This document shows, piece after piece, positions 43,222-51,386 of a DNA stretch of 64,000 nucleotides. This DNA is from Prochlorococcus sp. AG-355-B18. Lineage in GTDB: Bacteria > Cyanobacteriota > Cyanobacteriia > PCC-6307 > Cyanobiaceae. The first letter of the stretch is position 1, and every line of letters begins with the position of its first letter. The translations under genes were made by a program, and so were the position numbers. A model generated the notes under the pieces. That model ran no database searches. It was given only the letters and a program-made list of their open reading frames with translations, and was not told the origin of the DNA. The DNA lies in assembly GCA_003280965.1 (NCBI GenBank), contig QCDI01000001.1, forward strand, positions 160,001 through 224,000, read 5' to 3'.

Positions 43222-44730
43222 TTAATCTGAAAGTTTGTACCATTCAGATTCAAGATTGGAGCCAGATTCTTTATCGCAGCTTCCGCCTAATGAATCAACA
43301 ATTGTACAAGTGTTGTGTACAGCTACTGAAACAGTATTACCATCCATCATCAATCCATCAACAAATATTTGATTAGGAGAAATAGGAATAGAACTTTGTC
43401 TGCTTAGATTTCTTAACAGTTTGGAAGCAGGTTTTTGCTCTGGGAAAAGAGCCAAAACATTATCTTCTTTAAGTTCTTTAAGTACAGACTTTATATTTTC
43501 CGGTCTTAAGCTTGAGGAGTCTCCAAGAAAGTCAAGTAAACTAATGGTTTCAAAACCAAAAGCATCACCGTAGTATTCCATCGCCTTGTGTTTAGACACA
43601 ATTACTCTGTTCTCCTCAGGAATGGAGCCTACTTGTTCGACGATCCAACTATCCAAGTCTTCCAAGATAGAATCAGCCTTTTCAAATCTTTCATTAATTT
43701 GCTTTCTTATGCTTCTCTTAGAAGCATCCTTCTTTAAACTTTCGTTTATAACATTTCCCATTTTTATAATGTTATGAGGATCATGCCAGACATGAGGATC
43801 TAGTCCTCCATGGTCATGATGATGATGCCCCTCTCCTTCATCTGGTACTTGTGCTATTGGCTCTACATCACTATTCAATGCGTCTTTAAAAAAGTGCTCA
43901 TTTGCCTCAAACTCAAAAGGCATGTGTTCAGTAAAAAATGTGTACTGACCATCTTCTTTAATTTCCACGTTGAAAACTGTGCTTTCTTTTCGTTGATCGA
44001 AGTTAAGCACAAAAGCTTTATCACTTGCAGTAAGAGTCCCATTATTATTTCTCCTTGTTGAGAATCTAGATCCTAATAGTTCTTTAGCTAAATCTTCCGA
44101 TCCCTCTATGTCATTAGATTTTAGAATTACCATTTTCATTGCTGGATCTGCATATTCGCCATCAACTTTTGCGAATGACCATTTGTAGGATCCTTTAGAT
44201 AACTGGAATTTACCTGCCCATTCGAAAGCTCCTTCAGCGTGGTCATCATGTCCACCATGATCTGAGTGACCGTCATGACCTCCATGATCAGAGTGGTCAT
44301 CTACCTTAGCTGAATGTTCAGCGTGATCATCATGTCCCGCATGATCAGAGTGGTCATCTACATTTATTGCGCTAACACCTATAACAACTGTTTGCTTTTT
44401 GCTTTCCCAATTTCTCATACTTGGAGTCATTTCTTTACCAAGAGTGAATACTTTATCGGCGTTATTAAGTAATTGAGCTTGTCTTGGATTGATCTTAAAG
44501 TCATGAACATCCTGCTTTCTATCTACTAAGCATGTAACTTCGTCAGAAGGTAATGCAATTGATTTAACTAAATCACAAACTAGTGGTTCTACTGCTACGT
44601 ATGACTTTTCCTTAGCCAAAACATCCTGCCCAAAACCAGAAAATATTATTGTTCCTGCTATCACGGAATTTTTGATAATTGAATTAGTTGAACTTGTTTT
44701 ATTTGTTAAAAGTCTTTCCAAAATTGACAT
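43222..44730 (-). CDS. znuA: Zn/Mn ABC transporter substrate-binding protein (ZnuA-like) with His-rich loop and inserted domain
   Basis: DVHDF, DPHVWHDP, SKHKAMEYY motifs; His/Asp repeats. Confidence 0.88.
   Translation of the reverse strand: MSILERLLTNKTSSTNSIIKNSVIAGTIIFSGFGQDVLAKEKSYVAVEPLVCDLVKSIALPSDEVTCLVDRKQDVHDFKINPRQAQLLNNADKVFTLGKEMTPSMRNWESKKQTVVIGVSAINVDDHSDHAGHDDHAEHSAKVDDHSDHGGHDGHSDHGGHDDHAEGAFEWAGKFQLSKGSYKWSFAKVDGEYADPAMKMVILKSNDIEGSEDLAKELLGSRFSTRRNNNGTLTASDKAFVLNFDQRKESTVFNVEIKEDGQYTFFTEHMPFEFEANEHFFKDALNSDVEPIAQVPDEGEGHHHHDHGGLDPHVWHDPHNIIKMGNVINESLKKDASKRSIRKQINERFEKADSILEDLDSWIVEQVGSIPEENRVIVSKHKAMEYYGDAFGFETISLLDFLGDSSSLRPENIKSVLKELKEDNVLALFPEQKPASKLLRNLSRQSSIPISPNQIFVDGLMMDGNTVSVAVHNTCTIVDSLGGSCDKESGSNLESEWYKLSD
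44232..44361 (-). repeat. Imperfect tandem repeats encoding DDHSDH(A/G)GH / DDHAE units
   Basis: DDHSDHAGHDDHAEHSAKVDDHSDHGGHDGHSDHGGHDDHAE. Confidence 0.85.
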
Positions 44731-44748
44731 AAAAAATAATTAAATACT

Positions 44749-44769
44749 TAAAAATGATAATCATTTTCA
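44749..44769. promoter_or_regulatory. Zur/Fur-family operator between divergent znuA and znuC
   Basis: TAAAAATGATAATCATTTTCA with palindromic core AATGAT-A-ATCATT. Confidence 0.8.
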
Positions 44770-44865
44770 TTATTCAAAGCAAGTAAAGGTATCAAATGTT
44801 ATGAAAATAATATGAAACTTGTATTATTGGTAAGCTTATAAAGTGACTTTTTTAAAGATTAATTA

Positions 44866-45636
44866 ATGGCTACTTTAGTCGCTGAAAATTTAACCTATTC
44901 ATACACAAAAAAAAGTAAGCCAGTTTTAAGTAAGGTATCGGTTGAGATTAAACCTGGGACTCTAACAGCGCTAGTTGGTCCAAACGGAGCTGGCAAATCT
45001 ACTCTTTTAAGAATATTGCAGGGACAATGTATTCCGGATAATGGCCAGATAACAATTGACGGGGAGAAGTTAATTAGACAAAGATCTCAAGTCTCACTTA
45101 TGCCACAAAGAAGCTCTATGAATTGGAAATTTCCAATAACTGTAGAAAAACTAGTTTCATTAGGACAAATAAAATACTCAAAATCAAAAAGTAGTAGTCC
45201 TTTTCAAATAAAAGCTCTTCTTGCCAACCCTAATGCATGGATTAATAAATGCTGCGAATTAGAGGCCACAATGCAAAGAGTCGGCATTGCAAATATTGCT
45301 AACAGAAGGCTTGATTCTTTATCTGGTGGACAACAACAAAGAGCTTTATTAGCCAAAACATTAATGTCTCCAGCAAAAATTTACCTTCTTGATGAACCTT
45401 GTGCAGCTTTAGATCCACCTGCAAAGGAGGATTTTCTAAAAATTGTTCGTCAACTTGCTGATGCTGGTCTTTCTTTAATGGTAAGCAGTCATGATTGGGG
45501 CACTTCGTTAAATAGTTATGATCAAGTTATTGTTTTGGATAAAGCTGTATTGGCCTCTGGAAGTCCTGATTCTATAAAAGATAAATTAGAGGATATAAAT
45601 ATCAGCTCAATTGAGGATAATAGTTGTTGTGATTAA
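44866..45636 (+). CDS. znuC: Zn/Mn ABC transporter ATP-binding protein
   Basis: GPNGAGKST, LSGGQQQR, LLDEP, SSHD. Confidence 0.88.
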   Translation: MATLVAENLTYSYTKKSKPVLSKVSVEIKPGTLTALVGPNGAGKSTLLRILQGQCIPDNGQITIDGEKLIRQRSQVSLMPQRSSMNWKFPITVEKLVSLGQIKYSKSKSSSPFQIKALLANPNAWINKCCELEATMQRVGIANIANRRLDSLSGGQQQRALLAKTLMSPAKIYLLDEPCAALDPPAKEDFLKIVRQLADAGLSLMVSSHDWGTSLNSYDQVIVLDKAVLASGSPDSIKDKLEDINISSIEDNSCCD

Positions 45637-45650
45637 AAAAATATTTAGTT

Positions 45651-46085
45651 TTAACTTTGTGCTTGATAGCAGTTCTGGCAAAGTCCAAAATACTCCAGGG
45701 TATGAAACAACAATTGGAATTTCTTTGGATTTGTTTTGGGTGTATGAATATCTTTTACAGGGCACCCTTCCATTTTTGATGTCTCACCACATTGAACACA
45801 AGTCAAATGATGAATGTCTCTGTCTACGGGAGTGTAAAGAACCTCTCCTGTTGGGAGATGTCTAGAACGTATTAAACCATGCTTTATAAGAACTTGAAGA
45901 TTCCTGTAAACAGTTGTCAGTCCCATAGCTTTTCCGCTTTCAATCAATTGTCTATGCAACTCTTGACCGCTCAGTTCATCATCACATTTATTAAGTTCTT
46001 CAAGAAGTTGTTCTTGTCTTTTGGTAATGTCAGTCTTAGTTACCATTGTTTTCGAAATCTTTTTTTGTCCCGTATTTTTGATCAT
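45651..46085 (-). CDS. zur: Fur-family regulator, probably Zur (start may be Met at 46046)
   Basis: GLTTVYRNL helix, HHLTCVQC, CQNC; embedded in the znu cluster. Confidence 0.85.
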   Translation of the reverse strand: MIKNTGQKKISKTMVTKTDITKRQEQLLEELNKCDDELSGQELHRQLIESGKAMGLTTVYRNLQVLIKHGLIRSRHLPTGEVLYTPVDRDIHHLTCVQCGETSKMEGCPVKDIHTPKTNPKKFQLLFHTLEYFGLCQNCYQAQS

Positions 46086-46102
46086 ACCGAATCCTTAGAT
46101 TA

Positions 46103-46888
46103 ATGTCTTTTATTAATAGCAGTTGGTGGCTTGTTCCTTTAATAATAACTATTTTTTCAGGAATTCTTTGTCCAGCTATGGGAACTGTATTAATAACACA
46201 TAGGAGATTACTTCAAGTAAATTTAATCTCTCACTGCGTTTTGCCAGGGCTTGCTTTAGCATTGGCGCTTGGAATTAATCCTTCAATTGGTGGGGTTATC
46301 AGTGGTCTTTTAGGTTCTGTAATTGCAGAAAGTTTAACTAATAAAAAGAGTGAAAACTATGAAGCAATAATGAACACAATATTAGCCGGAATGCTTGGTT
46401 TTGGAGTCCTTATAATCCCTTTACTCGGAATAAGGATTGATTTGGAGGCAGTATTATTTGGCGATTTATTGACAGCAAATTTTGGAGATTTACTTAGAAC
46501 AATAATTGCTTTTTTAGTATTTATACTTTTAATGACTTTTGGATATGAAAAGGTTGTTTATGTTGGATTAGATCCAGAAGGTGCATCCGCGAGTGGTATA
46601 AACGTTTCTTTATTAAATCTTGCTTTGAGTTTTACAACGGCATTAGTAATTGTTAGTTCAATGTCAGCAGTGGGAGTGATTCTTGTTATTGCTCTTCTTT
46701 CTACCCCAACACTGTTAGGGCTTAATAAGGCTCATAGTTTAAGAATTGCAATGATGAGGTCTTCCTTTTTTGGATTATGTATATCACTTCTGGGCTTTAT
46801 TCTCTCTATAGTCTTTAATTTGTCGCCTGGACCTGCAATTAGTGTTATTTGTGTCGCATCTCTTTTGATTCCTAAACTTCGTAAATAA
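46103..46888 (+). CDS. znuB: Zn/Mn ABC transporter permease
   Basis: ISHCVLPG, LFGDLL, VGVILVIALL. Confidence 0.88.
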   Translation: MSFINSSWWLVPLIITIFSGILCPAMGTVLITHRRLLQVNLISHCVLPGLALALALGINPSIGGVISGLLGSVIAESLTNKKSENYEAIMNTILAGMLGFGVLIIPLLGIRIDLEAVLFGDLLTANFGDLLRTIIAFLVFILLMTFGYEKVVYVGLDPEGASASGINVSLLNLALSFTTALVIVSSMSAVGVILVIALLSTPTLLGLNKAHSLRIAMMRSSFFGLCISLLGFILSIVFNLSPGPAISVICVASLLIPKLRK

Positions 46889-47035
46889 TTAAATCTTAAA
46901 TGTCCAATCAGAGTTTAATGCTTGAGCTTCTGGATTGTTTTTTAAAGCTACTTCCATAGCCTCTTTTTTATTATTAGCTATAACAACTTCATCAAATTCC
47001 TTTCCATTTTTTTTGAGACTTACTTTGAAACGCAT
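46889..47035 (-). CDS. Small hypothetical protein (48 aa)
   Basis: MRFKVSLKKNGKEFDEVVIANNKKEAMEVALKNNPEAQALNSDWTFKI, manual translation. Confidence 0.65.
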   Translation of the reverse strand: MRFKVSLKKNGKEFDEVVIANNKKEAMEVALKNNPEAQALNSDWTFKI

Positions 47036-47119
47036 AAAAAAATTTTTAATTAATCAAAAGTTAACCACTAATCAACTAGATTTAAATACTTTTAAAAGTT
47101 AATTGATGAAATAGAAACT

Positions 47120-47368
47120 TTAGTTATTTTGAAGTTTTTCTACTACAGATTCTTTCTCAATTTTAGCTACATCCTGTAATCCATTAGCATCAAACCAAGG
47201 AGCGTTTTCCCAATTAAATCCTTCGCCAAACGTATTATCGGGAGCAGCTACGTACCAGTGACATGATGTATCGGGAACATCCACAGCACATTTTGACCAG
47301 TCAGCCTCCCATTGTGGAACTTGTACCCACATAACAGACGCTAATAAAAAAGAAAAAATAAAATTCAT
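47120..47368 (-). CDS. Hypothetical Trp/Cys-rich protein
   Basis: WVQVPQW...CAVDVPDTSCHWYV...GEGFNW. Confidence 0.75.
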   Translation of the reverse strand: MNFIFSFLLASVMWVQVPQWEADWSKCAVDVPDTSCHWYVAAPDNTFGEGFNWENAPWFDANGLQDVAKIEKESVVEKLQNN

Positions 47369-47377
47369 AATTATCGG

Positions 47378-47521
47378 TTAGCAAAATTTTGAAAGATTTT
47401 TTTCACATTCTTTCTTTCTTTTCTTCCAGTAATTCTCAAGTATTTGATATTTATGCTTATTTTTAAATTGACTTAAATGAATATTATTCTGATTAAGAAC
47501 TGAAGTATTTTTGATTTTCAT
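47378..47521 (-). CDS. Small hypothetical protein (47 aa)
   Basis: MKIKNTSV...YWKKRKKECEKNLSKFC, manual translation. Confidence 0.4.
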   Translation of the reverse strand: MKIKNTSVLNQNNIHLSQFKNKHKYQILENYWKKRKKECEKNLSKFC

Positions 47522-47598
47522 GACTCAGGCTGTCTATGTAGAACATATTTAAGACACTTTATAGATTTTTTGAAGTGAATTTATACTTAATTTTTGTC

Positions 47599-47733
47599 TT
47601 ACTTTTGTGAAGGTAAGTATTTTTCGGGATTATTTTCAATATAAGTTAGCGAATATTTGACAACAACCACTATTACTGAAAAAAGAGCAATTGCCGAAAT
47701 AATAAAAATGATTTTTTTGTAAATGTTTTTCAT
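47599..47733 (-). CDS. Small single-TM protein (44 aa)
   Basis: MKNIYKKIIFIISAIALFSVIVVVVKYSLTYIENNPEKYLPSQK. Confidence 0.5.
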   Translation of the reverse strand: MKNIYKKIIFIISAIALFSVIVVVVKYSLTYIENNPEKYLPSQK

Positions 47734-47847
47734 GAATTTTTTATGTTTTTGATTATTTTTTTCATCAACGCCCAATTTCTCAGAGAGATTTAAATAATTA
47801 GTAATTTATACTGTAGCCTTTTAAATTACCTACGGAGTAAATTAAAG

Positions 47848-47920
47848 ACATCAGAAACTCCTCACACACTTTTTTCTGATAACTTTAAAAGTACTCGACC
47901 GCAATGTTTGAGTACTTTTT
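47848..47920 (+). ncRNA. yfr10: Yfr10-like sRNA (carries the Yfr1 motif); 5' end approximate
   Basis: ACTCCTCACAC at 47857-47867 in the loop of an ATCAGAAA/TTTCTGAT stem; terminator AAAAGTACTCGA...TTGAGTACTTTT. Confidence 0.75.
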
Positions 47921-47999
47921 GTATTTTTTGCGATGTGACAGTTAAGATAGAGGCCTATTAGGCATTACATATTTTGGAATTAGGTGTGATATTAGAAAT

Positions 48000-48094
48000 G
48001 TGTGTAGGAGGAATTGATTTATTTCAGTGGAAACAAGGAAACACTTGATATAAATCATTTTTTAAAGATCTCTCTCTGAGGGATCTTTTTTTTT
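48000..48094 (+). ncRNA. yfr2: Yfr2-family sRNA
   Basis: 5' GTGTGTAGGAG; central stem TGATTTAT/ATAAATCA with GGAAACAAGGAAACA loop; terminator GATCTCTC/GAGGGATC+T9. Confidence 0.85.
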
Positions 48095-48200
48095 GGAATT
48101 TTTAGAAATACATATATGCTCTCTTCCAAAATAATTAGACACTTCATTACAAATAGGTAATTTAATTCGTTAGATTATGATTCGTTAAATTCTTCTGTTA

Positions 48201-48584
48201 ATGAAAATAATTTTTTTAGCAATTTTAGTTTGTTCAAACTTTTTATTCCCTTCTTCATCATTTGCCTCACATGTAGAACTAAAACCATGTGTAGAGATAG
48301 CTCATTGTGTACGAGAAGAATGGGAGGTTAACAATATTGAGAAACCTTTTGAAGAGATTAAAACATTTATCGAAAATACTCCAAGAACTGAGATTGTAGA
48401 AATTGATGGCGATTATCTTCATGCTGAGGCTACCAGTAAATGGATGAAGTATGTTGACGACTTAGAAGTATCATTTCTACCTGAATCAAACATCTTATCA
48501 ATAAGATCTGAATCAAGAGTTGGAGAAAGTGATTTGGGAGTGAATCAAAAAAGAGTTGATTTACTAAAATCGAAAATGTTTTAG
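48201..48584 (+). CDS. DUF1499 family exported protein
   Basis: YVDDLE, RSESRVGESDLGVNQKRV. Confidence 0.85.
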   Translation: MKIIFLAILVCSNFLFPSSSFASHVELKPCVEIAHCVREEWEVNNIEKPFEEIKTFIENTPRTEIVEIDGDYLHAEATSKWMKYVDDLEVSFLPESNILSIRSESRVGESDLGVNQKRVDLLKSKMF

Positions 48585-48725
48585 GAAGAAAGTTTTAATT
48601 ATCGAATTTTGTCTATATTGTTTTTTGTATAATTTTCCCACTTCAAAAAAAATTTAGCAGATAAAAAAGTGATAATTATCATCATGCCTTGATAAGGGCA
48701 AATTTATTAGATTTTCATTAAAAGG

Positions 48726-49010
48726 ATGATCATAAATCTTTTATATTTATTGTTATCGAGTTTTGTTTTTTTCTGGTTTTATATAAACATTAAAAAAAAT
48801 GGACTTAAATGGATAATCAAAGGTCTTTTGCAAATTGGAATATTGGTATTGTTCATTGGAGGGTTTTTCAAAATATTTTTCACATTACCCCCAAATTTAT
48901 TTATAAAAATAATTTTTCTTATTACTTATACATGGTGCACTGTTGGAATTAATGTAAATTTCATGATCCCTTTGATTAGTCTGATTGACCAAAAAATAGT
49001 AAAAAAATAA
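48726..49010 (+). CDS. Hypothetical membrane protein
   Basis: 94-aa ORF with three hydrophobic segments. Confidence 0.55.
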   Translation: MIINLLYLLLSSFVFFWFYINIKKNGLKWIIKGLLQIGILVLFIGGFFKIFFTLPPNLFIKIIFLITYTWCTVGINVNFMIPLISLIDQKIVKK

Positions 49011-49084
49011 AACTAAATATGCCTTAATTCTTATTAAAAAAATAAATATATTTCCTTAATCTGCAATATTAAAATTTATTAGAT

Positions 49085-49195
49085 TTATTTTTTCCCTTTT
49101 GAAAGTCTTTTTCTTGTATACCTAGTCTTTAATGCCAAGTCTGTCATTATATATATTCCAAATAAAAGAATGACTATTCCAATAAAGTATTTCAT
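49085..49195 (-). CDS. Small single-TM protein (36 aa)
   Basis: MKYFIGIVILLFGIYIMTDLALKTRYTRKRLSKGKK. Confidence 0.5.
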   Translation of the reverse strand: MKYFIGIVILLFGIYIMTDLALKTRYTRKRLSKGKK

Positions 49196-49225
49196 TTTTT
49201 TTTATGTAATTACTATTTTTAAGAT

Positions 49226-49633
49226 CTATTCATAATGCCAACTAATTTTAATATCTATTTCTTCAGATAAATTTCTAGTAACTGGACATTCTTTGGAAGC
49301 TTTTTTCAAAAAATCAATAGTTTCATTAGAAGTGCTCTCTGGTAAAAAAATATCTATTATTAGTTCTTTTATCTTCCTCTCGCTATTTTGTGTCATTAGT
49401 TTTTCAATATTTAAATATATACCTTTCAAATCAAATCCTTTTGATTTGGCTTTGATTGCCATAATGGTTAGCAGGCAAGTACCTAGTGATGTCGCTAATA
49501 AATCAGTTGGGGAAAAACTTTCACCTTTACCACAGTGATCTAAAGGTGCATCCGTTCTAATAAGACTCCCAGATTGTAGATGAATAGCTTCACAGTTTAA
49601 ATTTCCTAAATAAGAACATTTCACTTTAGTCAT
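49226..49633 (-). CDS. OsmC/Ohr family protein
   Basis: TDAP...FSPTDLLATSLGTC...CPVTRNL. Confidence 0.88.
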   Translation of the reverse strand: MTKVKCSYLGNLNCEAIHLQSGSLIRTDAPLDHCGKGESFSPTDLLATSLGTCLLTIMAIKAKSKGFDLKGIYLNIEKLMTQNSERKIKELIIDIFLPESTSNETIDFLKKASKECPVTRNLSEEIDIKISWHYE

Positions 49634-49764
49634 TTTAAAAAAATTAAATTAGGAAAATATTATTAATAGGAAAAAAATTATGGAACATAACAATATTATT
49701 AATCAGAAATTTTTATCTGCATATTAGTGGAGGATTAAGGAAAATCATCATTCAAGTTTTGAAA

Positions 49765-50007
49765 TCAGTTTTTATATCCATATTCCTCTAAGCAATATTC
49801 AATTAATTCAATTGATTTATTAAGTGTTCTTTTATTTTTATTTTCTAGATCAAAGCATTCATTTAAAACACGTATGGATTCATTTAAGAATGATTTTTCT
49901 TTATTTTTTAAATCTTGGACTTGATTTATATAAATTAACTTTTTAATCCCAATAAAGGAAAATATGATTATTGATATTGTAAGAATTGCTATTTTGACTT
50001 TATACAT
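49765..50007 (-). CDS. Hypothetical protein with N-terminal anchor
   Basis: 80-aa ORF; TM segment followed by a Cys pair. Confidence 0.55.
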   Translation of the reverse strand: MYKVKIAILTISIIIFSFIGIKKLIYINQVQDLKNKEKSFLNESIRVLNECFDLENKNKRTLNKSIELIEYCLEEYGYKN

Positions 50008-50071
50008 ATTATTAGTTATTACAAATATTTTAAGTTATTTAATATCTAAAAACTTTACATAGGAGATGGAA

Positions 50072-50173
50072 CTAAGTAATTACATATGTAGCTGCTGTTA
50101 TTGCAATAGCAGTAATTGAAATGAAGATGTATGGAACAACCTTTAAAGGTATATATAGATTATTTTTAGACAT
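50072..50173 (-). CDS. Small single-TM protein (33 aa)
   Basis: MSKNNLYIPLKVVPYIFISITAIAITAATYVIT. Confidence 0.5.
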   Translation of the reverse strand: MSKNNLYIPLKVVPYIFISITAIAITAATYVIT

Positions 50174-50288
50174 AACTAAAACTTTATGTAAACTCTTACA
50201 TTTTCTTTAAAGTTTATAAGTCTTCAAATATACAAATTAATTTTTTTTGCAAAAATTCAATTCTTTTAAAAGATAAACAAATTTATAT

Positions 50289-50495
50289 TTATTGAATTTT
50301 CATTAAATAAAGTATCTCTAAATCCTGTCTTGAGTCTGATATTTTTCTTTTTAAGAAGATTAATTCTTCTTGGCTCAATTTTGATTCTTTTATCATTAAT
50401 TCTGCTTGTTTGATAGCATGTTCAATATTTCTAATTTTTATGTCTCTTATTGAGGGATCTTCTTTACATGCTTTTTTAGTATTTGCATCCAACAT
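50289..50495 (-). CDS. Hypothetical helical protein
   Basis: 68-aa ORF, coiled-coil-like. Confidence 0.6.
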   Translation of the reverse strand: MLDANTKKACKEDPSIRDIKIRNIEHAIKQAELMIKESKLSQEELIFLKRKISDSRQDLEILYLMKIQ

Positions 50496-50603
50496 ATAAG
50501 ATAAAAATCACCTTTACTATAAACTAAGTTAAAACTCCATAATCTTGCTATCGCAAATTAAATTTAAATAAATTATCATTGCTTTAGGAACTTTAACCTT
50601 AGC

Positions 50604-50639
50604 TAACCCTCTCTTCAATTGATCGAGTGGGTTTTTTTT
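50604..50639 (+). terminator. Intrinsic terminator with no upstream plus-strand gene
   Basis: AACCCTCTC...GAGTGGGTT followed by a T8 tract. Confidence 0.6.
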
Positions 50640-50673
50640 ATGGTGTAATATACTCCTAGCATTTAATACTAAT

Positions 50674-51048
50674 TTGGAAGATTCAAAACTTAATCCTGAG
50701 GAAAATAATTCAACCGAATCGGCCTCCAATTTGAATGAGGAAAATAGAGATCTTAAGGAGGGGAATAAAAAAGAAGAAAATGTTAAGGCATTTACAGAAT
50801 TTCTAGAGAAAGCAAGTAATCAAGATTCTTCAGAGGAAAAAGTAAAACTTGATTCTGAACAACAAAACCTAAAAATTGACAAATCACTTTTTAAACAATT
50901 CCTTAATAATGGATTTGATGGCATTTCAACTAATCCAAACTATAAAATGTTGGCATTACTAATAATCCTTTTAATTAATTTGTCTCTATTTTTTGTAATT
51001 GGCAATATGGGTAAGGCGTTTTTAAGAAATGCAGGAATTATGGGTTAG
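50674..51048 (+). CDS. Hypothetical protein, acidic N-terminus and C-terminal TM
   Basis: 124-aa ORF with TTG start. Confidence 0.6.
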   Translation: MEDSKLNPEENNSTESASNLNEENRDLKEGNKKEENVKAFTEFLEKASNQDSSEEKVKLDSEQQNLKIDKSLFKQFLNNGFDGISTNPNYKMLALLIILLINLSLFFVIGNMGKAFLRNAGIMG

Positions 51049-51144
51049 AAATTATTTATTTCTTTTTGGGTATTCATCTTTACAATTTTGATTCTTAAAA
51101 TAAAACTGTGATATTTTCTTGTCAAATTAATATTTAAATAAAAT

Positions 51145-51306
51145 TTGGATAATAAAGAGCCGGAAAATCCAGTCGTTTATCTTTCTAATTTAGTCAAGAA
51201 ATTAGATGTAAAGAACAGAAATGGTTTAGTAGCCTTAGCAATAGTAAACCTTTTAGTTATTCTTTTATTTAAATTTTATTTGAAAGGATCTGGATTATTA
51301 TCTTGA
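51145..51306 (+). CDS. Small C-terminal-TM protein (53 aa)
   Basis: TTG start; MDNKEPENPVVYLSNLVKKLDVKNRNGLVALAIVNLLVILLFKFYLKGSGLLS. Confidence 0.5.
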   Translation: MDNKEPENPVVYLSNLVKKLDVKNRNGLVALAIVNLLVILLFKFYLKGSGLLS

Positions 51307-51386
51307 ATTTGCCTGCTGGTCTTATAATTCTGCATTTTTAATGGATTTATTCTATAAATTACTAAAAATATAAGTCAGTCTTTTAA

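Noticed and set aside
48670..48681. Palindrome TGATAATTATCA resembling a Fur/Zur half-site pair
   Set aside because: Spacing differs from the 44749 box; short AT-rich palindromes are common here
50529..50729. 66-aa minus-strand ORF
   Set aside because: Overlaps the 50674 gene and the terminator hairpin; no coding features
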